The position numbers were made by a program, and so were the translations under genes. The notes beneath the pieces are model-generated. The model was not told the DNA's origin. It was given only the letters and a program-made list of their open reading frames with translations, and ran no database searches. Below are positions 9,236 through 20,600 of a DNA stretch of 64,000 bases, piece after piece. How positions within the stretch are numbered: position 1 is the stretch's first letter; each line of letters begins with the position of its first letter. Source of the DNA: Antedon mediterranea (Eukaryota; Animalia; Echinodermata); the NCBI RefSeq assembly GCF_964355755.1, contig NC_092676.1, forward strand, positions 1,741,788-1,805,787. Reading direction: 5' to 3'.

Positions 9236-10449
9236 ATGACTTTGAAATTCCCTAATATCATGTTTGTAATGGTGAACTGCTTGTTGATATTCAGACGTGG
9301 AGCTTCAAAAGAGTTGGTACAATTCGAAAGGGAGTTCAAATATGGAGCATACCTCAAGTCAAGTGTAGAAATTAAACCATCGGGTAACCTGTACACGATT
9401 AGTTTGTCTGGAAAGGATGTCATAGTTAAATGTCCACTTTACATTTCTTTTTTCCAAGAAGGAATATACACATGTCAAGATGATTATAATTTACAATATT
9501 TGATAGTTTCATCAGGTATAAACTGGAATATTAGCCCTCAACCAAACATTGTAAAACTTTATTGTGATAATATGAATGGCATCATCGAAGGAGAAGAAGT
9601 AAACATGTCATGTGACATCCGGAAATATGACAACATCAAATATGAAGTGACAATTGGTTGGATCCAAGGAAAGCACAACATTACACAGATTCATCGTACA
9701 GATACTGACACTGTTACAATTAATCAGACTTTAAAAGGTTTTCATTCTGGAGAAGGGGTATTTTTCTACTGTATTTTAAATAATTATTACACCAGATGCT
9801 ACACATTGATATTGATGGTTCACCCTCAATTAAAGGTAGAGGTTCAAAGGTTGTATGAAACATGTAAAGTTGATGTGAACCAGAATTACTTTAAGTGCTA
9901 TGCAGAAGGTGGATCTGGTAACAAAACAATTTATAAATGGAGTTTGAATGGAGAGAAATTCAAGAATCAATATTACAATGAAACTGATAAAAGATGCTTT
10001 AGTAATTTACCAGCTGGTAACTACACTGTGAAGTGTCTGGTGAGTACTGATGTTCAGAACAGATCTGAAGAGATAACATTCACAATAAAAAATGACAAAA
10101 CCTCCAATGATATTCCTACAAAGACAACTCCACAAAAGGCCAATAAAATAACCATAATACTGGTAACAAGTAACATTATACTAATAGTTTTACTTGTGTG
10201 TGTTGTTATGAACAACAAAAGAGGAAACATCACAACACACCTGTACCAGTTGTGCACTTTCAACGAAACATTGACACAATTATTGCGAGTAACACAGTTG
10301 TAGAAAATGAGATGTATTATTTAACTGATGATAATATAGCAGAAGAGGTTGAAAATACATATGTTAGCTCTGACACTATTATTAAAAACAAGAGGTTACA
10401 AAATGCAAGAAATGAGAACAGAGAGACAGCAGAAAATAAGTCCCAATAA
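9236..10449 (+). CDS. Intronless type-I membrane receptor, paralog 3; frameshift at the end of the TM replaces the family tail (tail-switched receptor or young pseudogene)
   Basis: ATG 9236; intact ectodomain and TM; main frame stops at 10303. The family tail (CYEQQKRKHHNTPVPVVHFQ...ENEMYY...TYVSSD...NKRLQNARNENRETAE) continues in another frame to 10449. Relative to paralog 2, gtgagtt (6889-6895) is missing at 10204/10205. Confidence 0.75.
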
Positions 10450-10851
10450 CTCATTACAGTAAATAGTATTTGATCTCAATAAAACACAGAAAAAGATTTA
10501 CAGTATCTTATGAAATGGAATGAATTCCTGAATTAATTTGTTTTTGGACAAACATAATTCTGAAACTAAAATTAAAATTGTACTGGAGTCCAAATAACTT
10601 GATTAATGAACAGTAACTGCAAAAAATGTTATTCTATGCTTCTATCTATCTAACACTTTGCTTCAAGGATATAATTGATCAAATGTAAAGTCTCTAATAT
10701 AAATTTATTTTAATATGTTGGTTAGTTAAGTTTTAAATATTATAAACAGAAAATGCTACTGTATCATAATAATAATTGAATAATGCTAAACACAAAACAC
10801 ACAGAAATGAAAATAAAATAATGTTTTTGATTTTACAATTTTTGACGGATA

Positions 10852-11602
10852 GGTAGAAGGGGTGTGGAAGGGTTAGTATAAGGCTGGTGGAGGGGTTGGT
10901 AGAAGGGTTGTGGAAGGGTTAGTATAAGGCTGGTGGAGGGGTTGGTAGAAGGGGTGTGGAAGGGTTAGTATAAGGCTAGTGGAGGGGTTGGTAGAAGGGT
11001 TGTGGAAGGGTTAGTATAAGGCTGGTGGAGGGGTTGGTAGAAGGGGTGTGGAAGGGTTAGTATAAGGCTGGTGGAGGGGTTGGTAGAAGGGGTGTGGAAG
11101 GGTTAGTATAAGGCTGGTGGAGGGGTTGGTAGAAGGGGTGTGGAAGGGTTAGTATAAGGCTGGTGGAGGGGTTGGTAGAAGGGGTGTGGAAGGGTTAGTA
11201 TAAGGCTGGTGGAGGGGTTGGTAGAAGGGTTGTGGAAGGGTTAGTATAAGGCTGGTGGAGGGGTTGGTAGAAGGGGTGTGGAAGGGTTAGTATAAGGCTG
11301 GTGGAGGGGTTGGTAGAAGGGGTGTGGAAGGGTTAGTATAAGGCTGGTGGAGGGGTTGGTAGAAGGGTTGTGGAAGGGTTAGTATAAGGCTGGTGGAGGG
11401 GTTGGTAGAAGGGGTGTGGAAGGGTTAGTATAAGGCTGGTGGAGGGGTTGGTAGAAGGGGTGTGAAAGGGTTAGTATAAGGCTGGTGGAGGGGTTGGTAG
11501 AAGGGTTGTGGAAGGGTTAGTATAAGGCTGGTGGAGGGGTTGGTAGAAGGGTTGTGAAAGGGTTAGTATAAGGCTGGTGGAGGGGTTGGTAGAAGGGTTG
11601 TG
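10852..11602. repeat. G-rich 46-bp minisatellite, ~16 near-identical copies
   Basis: Unit ggtagaaggg(g/t)tgtggaagggttagtataaggctggtggaggggtt; ggttagtata at 10871, 10917 ... 11561 (period 46). Confidence 0.95.
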
Positions 11603-11618
11603 TAGGGTGAAACCACCA

Positions 11619-14600
11619 TTATACCTTATCATTGGATTCGTTTCTGTGTTTGCTGCTTGCCATTCCTTGTTTCATGTCCCCTTGTGTCTTATAAACATCA
11701 ACCATATTCACTGATTGTAGAGGCTGCCTACTAGCAGACCTTGCTTGCTTCGTTGGCGGTTGAGATAATGGGGGCGCCATCTCCAAGACTGGCGTAGCAG
11801 GAGGATCACTACCTAAAATCTAACAAAATCGCAGAAAACATTTTAGATGTAGATACTAGAAATGCATGTATTAAGCTATAGAGCCATGGCAGATTGGGTG
11901 AATGCTCAAATCTAACCTACTCTGAGAAAATGTGTGTGTAAATAGCTAGAGCGCCATGCCAGATTGGGTGAATGCTCAAATCTAACCTACTCTGAGAAAA
12001 TGTGTGTGTAAATTTATACGGGGTAATAGCTTTTTAATTTTGGCATTTTCTCTTTACTTATATTTTAATTATGTACAGCCTGCTTATATAAGAATGAACT
12101 ATTATTACAATTTTATTGGAGATATTAATAAAAACTTTTTGTGAAGCACACAATTCTTATCAATTCTATTTTAATGTTTACTTACTCTTTGATCGACCTC
12201 GGTTGATACTTCAGCCAGACCATTTCCTTTCTGAAGTTGTTCAATCAACACCTATGGAGACAGAAATTTTTTTTTCACATTGGGATGTCGTTGGGCAGGG
12301 TGTGGTTGGACAGGGTGAGGTGGGCAGTGTGTGGTTGGACAGGGTGTGTCATGAAAAACAAGTATATTTTGACTAAATGGTAATTAGAAGTGATTAAACG
12401 ATACCTTGGCATTTGATATTGCACTCATACTTCTAGGAGAATGAACTCGTACTGACGACAGCTGACTGATCAACGCTTGCAGTTGATTGGATGATAGTTG
12501 ACAGGTTCCAGAGTCAGATAAACTTCTACATTCTTCATCTACACCAAGAAGCACACATTAAATATAAGTTGTACTTTTAAAAACATTATTACATTCTGGC
12601 AATGATGTTGAGTAAAATAAAGTAATGTATTATGCGACTGTATAATGTCATTAACTTAAATATCAGCTATTTAGCAGAACTATTAGAGAGGTTTCGCAAT
12701 CTTACGAATACGATAACGAAAACGGATACGTCACGCACACGTATTCGTAAGCCATAAAAAATCTGTTTCACATGGCAAAAAAATATTGAGGCGCGTCCAA
12801 AATATGACTGCGGTAAATTTGAGTGAAGCGCAGGTGGTACGTGTTGCTTGGTGCTTGGCTGCCTAGGCCTAGCGTAACATCAAAGCGAGTGATGGCCTTA
12901 CAAACTGCTATTTATCAAAATTGACTTGGCATTTTAGTAAATTACTTTAGTAAATTACTTTCAATAAATCTATAATTATATTATAATCATGAATCATTCC
13001 TGATTCAAATGCAAAATGTGCAAAATAGATCATGAAATATGAAAAGGGGATCAGCTCTAAAGTTTCACAAAGTATGACGTATCCGTTTTCGTATTCGTAA
13101 GGTTGCGAAACCTCTCTATTATCATAATCTACTCAAGGATTGACACACAAGCAACAGCTGTCAAATTTTAATTGTTTTATTATTGTAAAGATCGACATAA
13201 TATCTTACCTGGAGTCTTTTTCACCAGGAATGGATGCTCCAACAGTGTATCAATGGATGGACGGTGTTTTGGGTTACGAATCAAACATTTCTAATCACAA
13301 ATAAACAGTTGATAAGTTTTATGCTATGATTTAGGTCATATAATGCAAAAGTAAAACATGTCACAGAAATAATAACTGAATTAAAACAATTTGAAAGGTT
13401 TCTGAATTGGGGTTAGGGTCAACAAAAAATGTAAGGATGCAAAGATTTGCCAATTTAGCAACAAATATGAGTGTGGTTTACCTGCAATACATCGTGAAGA
13501 TCTTTATTACTAATGGCTGGAAAGTGTATTTCTTGATGAGGGTCAATAATAGCCTGTAACTTCATCAATCCATTGGTGATGTGTTGGAATGGTGTTTTGC
13601 CATACACCATGTAGTAAAGTATACAACCTAACGACCATACATCACTCCGACAATTTATCTGAAAAAACAAATTTGTCAATTACAGGATGGGAATCACATG
13701 CTGTCTAAAGCCTACACTATCAAACTTTATGTGACCAAAAAAATGTGATGGACCCATATATGGACATGATGTCATATCACTACCATATTTGGGCATATCA
13801 CTACCATATTTGGACACATCACACTTTTTATGTCAAACTAGTTTGATAGTGTAGACAGAGCTTAAAACTAAGACTCCTATGAGTGACATTATTTTGGGCA
13901 GTGAGAAATATCCTGGTACTGTGACAGGATTTGAACCCAGGACCTTGCAATTGGTATGCAAACATATTAACCGCCACTCTATAGTGCCAGTCAAATTTTT
14001 TCAGTTTTTGTTTAAACAAAATGTACTGATTTAGCAAGTGTATTATGTATTATTACAGTAGGAGCATGAAAAGCATACACAAAAATTGAGCAAAATAATA
14101 AGTTTATTTTACCAACAGCTGGTTAAAGCACGTAAACTCACCAATTACAGGAATGGTAAACTTGGGGCCATGTTACAAACCAAGTTTTTTTTTATGCTTA
14201 GGAAGTGAAGTAGTTACCTTAAGCCTTGGTTTTCGGCGGCCAGATGAGTCGATTGGAGGAGGGGGAGAGGTGTCCTGGATTGCCTCAGGGGACATGTAAT
14301 TTAGGGTGCCAATCTGTTGATCTCTTAACACACTAGTCTGGTCCACCTGAATTGCATTTGCAATGCCAAAGTCAATCAGTTTTAACGTAGCTTCTACAAA
14401 TAGGAAGTTGGCTGGCTTCAGGTCACTGTGTACAATCCCTGTAGGAACAATTGTAAATATTACTACCGTATGAGAATCTGGACAAATTAGCATAGGTCTT
14501 CTGCAGTCCTCCATTCTTTCCCACAGAGTGTATTGGGTTCCTTTAGTTGTGTTCACATTACATTACAATTACCAGATTTTTCTTTATTAAAGAGAGAGCT

Positions 14601-17600
14601 TATGATGGTTTATGGTTTAAAGCTCTGTCTACACTATCAAACTAGTTTGACAAAAAAAGTGTGATGTGCCAAAATATGGTAGTGATATACCCCAATAATA
14701 TGGTAGTGCAATGACATCATCATGCCCATATATGGGCAGATTACATTTTTTTGTCATATTAATTTTGATAGTGTAGACAGCGTTTAGTAGAAATGGTCAC
14801 TGTCATTAAATATATAATGAAACACAATTAACAAAAATTTAGATGAGTATTGTAAAATTCAAGTATATAAAAGAAAAATGAAAGCATGGATATACAGAAA
14901 AGGACGACAAACCTTCTTGATGTATGACGTTGACGGCTTCAAGCATCTCACGCCAATAAAATCGTATCTTGTCCTCGCTAATGTTCTTGTTACGTCGTAA
15001 GAATGTGGATAAATCTATGCTACCACATTCCATCACCATTACAATGAACGAGTCTGTTAACTCACTGTATAAACAAAAGTTCATTACATAAACATCTTCT
15101 TTTTTTTTTTAAATGTCTTTAAGATACTGTATATAAATCCTTTGTTTAATGATCTTTATACATATTTATTAATTCAATCATTTGTCTGTATATTGGCATA
15201 TTACACCAAATTCAGAACTTTGCTTTAAAGGCACAACTATTAGGCTCAGTCTACATTATCAAACTATTTTGACAAAAAAGTGTAATGTTCCCAAATATGG
15301 TAGTGATATGACATCATCGTGTCCATATATGGGCACATCACATGTGTTTGTCAAATAAAGTTTGATAGTGTAAACAGAGCTTAATAGATAATGATGATTG
15401 AATTACTTACAAATCATAGAGTTTAATAATCTTTTCTGTTTTCTTCTGAAGTTGTGTAAGCAACGTAATCTCATTGATGTATCCTTGTTTTGTGAGGTCA
15501 TCGGCTAACTCTAGGTCGACTCGTTTAATCGCTAGCACGTTCTTTAAGTCTGGACTGTACACTTGGTACACCTGAAGAAAAAAAAATAAATAATAAAGGT
15601 CACTGTCACAAATAGATAGGTATCACACATTGAGGACAAATAAATTAATTCAACAGAAGTTTAAAGACATTTTTATTTACAAATTAACAATATCATATAT
15701 TGAGGATACATTACCGTAACCACTTTAAAATAGGACTGAGCTTTTTAAAAAATGTGATTTATCTTAATAATAAAAGACCAGTAGTGTAACGCAGAGGCCC
15801 CTGGTTTCAGGACATTTAAATGGCCCTCCAAAGCTAGAGTACTTGGGCATTTTTCACTTTTTTTCACATATTTTAATACAATTTTTCCCTCTGAGCCCTA
15901 CTCAGAGGCTCTCATAAGCGCTGGGTTTAGCCAGTGAGCGCTTATAGCTGTTACGCCACTGTACAAGTCAAAGAAAGCTAAATTAATCTGTACAACCCAC
16001 CTTTGATGATCCTCCCTTGCCTACAAGCTTTAAAATTGTGTACAACTTGTTGTTAACGTAGATAACATTCTTACTTGTGTTCTATAAAAGCAAATCAAAA
16101 TTGTTGCTTAAACTCTTTCCTTTATGTAAGTAACATAAACATATTTAAAAATAAAACATCAAAACATTTAGAAAATAAAACATATTTAATAAATAAAACA
16201 TATTTAATAAATAAAACATATTTTATAAATAAAACATATTCTATAAATAAAATATAACACATATTTTATAATCAAAACAAATTTTATAAATAAAACACAA
16301 ACATATTTCACTTACTTGCATTGGTGGTTGTTGGAAGTTTACCACTGGTGCAGAATGGACAACAGGAGGGGGTTGAACTATAGCTTTCACAGTTACAGGA
16401 GGGGTTACAACGGGAGAAGATTTTAGTACAGGAGGTGAAATTACTGCAGGTTTTATTGCTGAAGGAGGAGAAACAACAGGCTTGCTGCTGGCAGTGGCCA
16501 TTACAGAAGCTGGAATGTCTGGTGGGGTGGTATTAATAGGGAGAGGGGTAAACACAGGGCCATGTGATGGATGAGGGGTGCTTGATGAGGGTGGCAAAAC
16601 AGCTGTTGAGGCTTTACATGTTGGATGCTGCTTAGATGACATTAGGCTTGATGGTGCAGACACTTTTTGCGAATCTATTTGCATCTCTGATGGTGCTTGG
16701 CTGAAATTAAATGTTAGTTATTCCATGAAACTTATTTATTTTAGATAAAAACAGATTAAATAATAAAAGATTGTATTTTACAATTTAACAAATACCAATA
16801 CTGATTTAAGAAAAAAATTTTTAATTAATTAATTCTAAATCTTAAAGCTCTGTCTTCACTATCAAACTTTATGTGACAAAAAAAATGTGATGTGCCCATA
16901 TATGTACATGATGATGTCATATCACTACCATATTTGGAAATGTCATTACCATATTTGGGCACATCACACTTTTTGTCACACTAGTTTAGCTTTATGACAA
17001 AAATTATATTAAATTTACTAAGTACCTTTTATTTGGACTTAAAAATAGCTTGCATGATGCCCTCTTCTTATCATGTCGATCTGCACCATTATCCTGATTT
17101 GACCTTCCCAGCAAACTGAATGTGAGAGACGGTAGTGTGCTCTGGAGCGATGAATCTGTGTTATCGCTTGAATCTGAGCGAGATGAGTGACGATCACTTA
17201 GAGGCGCAATCCCGTGTAGCAGGGGTTTGTCATCGTCTTGAACATCTTCTTGTACGTTTGGTAACACATCTCTTTTGACTCGCATCGGAGCACCTAATGA
17301 CCTAGTTAATGCATAAAGAAGATGTGTGTGAATTTAAATACAAGATGTAACTTGAACTATAAACATATAAACAAATAATGTAAATAATTTAATTCTTTGA
17401 TTTTAATTGATTTCCCGTTTGATTGTAATCATTTTGTGCATTATACTATTTTGATTATCTTTATAAATTCTATTTATTTTAATTTTAATTGTTATTATTA
17501 TTGTTGTATTTTTGTGAGGGTCCCTAATTATTAGCTTCCCTCGTAAAATATTGTTGAAATAAATAAATAAAATAAATGTACTGAGACTTAGTTTATAAGC

Positions 17601-20600
17601 ATGATAAATATATATATATATAAATAAAACCCGTAATTGACGAGTTGCACGCTGTGGATGCTTTATGAAATAAAATTAAATAAACTAGTGATAATTCTAC
17701 CTCATTTTGTGTTTTCCAGCCGTACTTGTACTTGTTACTACAGGTGGTTTTGTTAGCGGAGTGACACATGACTGTTTTGAAGCGCTCTGTGACAGATGTT
17801 TTTGTCTCTTCAGCCACATCATCGTGTCTGTTTCTTCTGTTTTATTGTCGCTGGAATTCATCTGCCTAAAACAAAAAAAATAATTTTAAAACGGTAATGA
17901 AATTCAAACAAAATATGTGTCGTAGCTTGCTAGGCCAAAATGGTCTCAGTCATTTAACAGATAAAAATTAATGTTATGATTGAAGCACAATTATTTTTTT
18001 TCATTTCCAGAGTGAATTTAACATTTCATGGTTTTAGCTCTAAAAAATACAAAATTACAGCGGGTCGAATTGGCACCATTCAAAATAAGTTATGGTTTGG
18101 TGGTTAAGGTGCTTGGCTTCCGATACAAGTGTCCCGGGTTCAAATTCTATTTTGTGAGCAGACGAAACAAAAATAAGACCATATAGTATTTATTTGTACA
18201 TTAAATGTAGTTTGTGACCTGAAATTAGATCTAAAAAATAATACATTTTAAAACAACTATCTTACATGCTATGGCTTGATGATACGGTCTGTTGATTGGT
18301 TGCTGCATCGGCTAAAATAATCCCATTGCATTGTGGGTTTAGAATCTTCTCGCCATCTTCTAACCTTGCTTGTGCGGTCTTTAAGTATTCAATTGGAGTT
18401 GCTCCGACCTCAATTGCTTTGCACAAAATTCTCCTGCATTTTATTGTATCACCTGTCAAATAATAATATTTTTTAAAACTTAAAGATATATTGTCATAAA
18501 AAAATTTCTTTCTCCACATTTTTGTTTAACATACCATTTTAATGTCACATAAAATAGTTCCCTTTGACCAAAAACTGGATCGAAAAAAAAAAATATTTAC
18601 CTGACTGAAAAAAAATATAATTCAAAGCAAAAAATACTTTAAAAATTGTCTGTCAGAAAATGGTTTTTGGTTAACAAACCTTTTCTTTGAAATTTTATAA
18701 GTGAAATAATTATTATTTTTTGTTTTTTTTACAGAAATGAACTTTATTAAAACTGCAAAATGGCCTATTTAAAGTATGACTTTATTAATTTTCATTTTTC
18801 ATATTTTGGGGGACAACACATCTTTAACTATTCCTTTTTTAAAAATCATTTTTTTATTGTCTTTTTTTTGTAATGTAGCAACGTAAAAAAAAAAAAAAAA
18901 AAATGTTGGCATGTAATGAAGACGACAAATGATAACATATGAAGACCAACCGGTATCAAGTTCTAGCTGTGCGGCTGCAATGTGTATTCTTGAGATAAAC
19001 CTAACATTAGCTCTCGCAAATTTAAACAATCTTCTTGCTTCATCCACATCTTGCGTCCTGTAATTAAACAAATTCACTTACTGGTATCCTGCATACATAT
19101 CTAGCTGGAGTTGATTTCAGTAATAATTATTAAGTACTTTAGTATCAGCAGATATTCATCAATTCATTACGGGCAACAACAGCCAGGCAGTCAAAAGTAC
19201 CATTTAGTATAAAGGTAAAGGTGAGTCCCATACATTTATTCTGAACGTAGGACAAATGAGCGGTTAGGAGCTCATGTCACTAAAGCTACACTATATGCCC
19301 ATATATGGACATGACGACATCATATCACACACCATATTTGGGCACATTACACTTTTTTTTCAATCTAGTTTGATAGTGTAGACAATTTTAGACTTGGTAT
19401 TTTGTGTTAAGGTATCCCGTTCCTTTCCATGTTCCCCTTTCCACCCTAGTATTTTTCAACCAGGTACTCATTTACATTAGGCTGTCAGTTGTTTTAATAC
19501 AAATTAAACCTCCTTGGTCTTTCTCTAGTCAAGTGTCCTTATAGTATAGTATTTTATAAAATTATAATTATTTATAAAAAGTATAACTTACGCATTTAGT
19601 CTGGCAGAATTAATAAGTATTGTTGCATAGTTGTCATTTTTCTTGTGTTTATAAACTGGAATATCCCTTATTGCTTTATTGTAGATTATATTCAAAGTTG
19701 ATGCATTGCTGTTTTCTCGTTTCTCAATTACTTTGAGATATTTTAACCAGTCCTCTGGTTTGTTTCCATCTTCAGCAATCCTATTGAGCCAATCTTTGTC
19801 AGTAGAACCTTGAAGGGCAAAAAAATGAATGTTTATTTTTGCAATCATTAGTGTAAATGAATTATGAAATATTACATATCTACTACTTGGGGGCGGACAC
19901 AGAGCCTGGACAGCCTAAAAAACAGTGCTGGTTGTGGTTGAGCGGTTAACCTGTCCACAGCCTAAAGCTTTGTCTACAATATCAAACTAGTTTGCCAGAA
20001 AAGTGTGATGTGCCCTGTAGTCGTGTAGTGATATGTCGTCATCATGTCCATATATGGGCACATCACAGACACATAAACTTTGATTGTGTAGACAAAGCTT
20101 AAAACATTAAGCTGTACACAGCTATACAGGAGTTTCTGGCAAATTCATAATAATTCATTCAGTACAGCTGTTTTATTGTAAAATAAAAGTTGACTTACAA
20201 TCTTTAAGTTCGGCAGTTAAGTTCTTTGTCGATGTACTTGATGTACTATTTGCTTTTAACGCTGAAATGCGTTGTTGCAGCGCCAACAATGACGTCGTTG
20301 AAGTTTCCAATTTCCTGAATAGATTATAAAAATTATACAAAGAAATTAACTTGGGTTAGAAAATTCTTTAAATTGATTTTTTTATACCAAGGAATTTATA
20401 CAAAGCTGTAGTACAGCTGTTATAGCTGCTCTTGTAAAACAAGTTGAAATAAATATGCTGTTAAGCTTCAAATACCTTATTTTGTGTGTGGTTGCCAGAG
20501 TATTGCTAGCTGATGCATGCTGGGTATCAGGCATTTGTTTCAACATTGAATCTGTATCTTCAGTTATACCACTTGGATTTCGCTGCCTAAGTCAAGAGAA

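Noticed and set aside
16241-16684. Stand-alone proline-rich/mucin-like gene
   Set aside because: It is TTK exon 16700-16316, with correct splice sites and phase.
18090-18150. tRNA gene (also tRNA-like stretches at ~13915-13985 and ~24870-24938, minus strand)
   Set aside because: A/B-box-like pieces are present but I could not fold a full cloverleaf; more likely degenerate tRNA-derived SINE heads.
17701-20314. A second, independent TTK gene starting at the duplicated exon A2
   Set aside because: A2 has TTG in place of the ATG, only a ~160-bp intron separates it from E1, and the phases join in frame; one gene is the simpler reading, pending RNA data.
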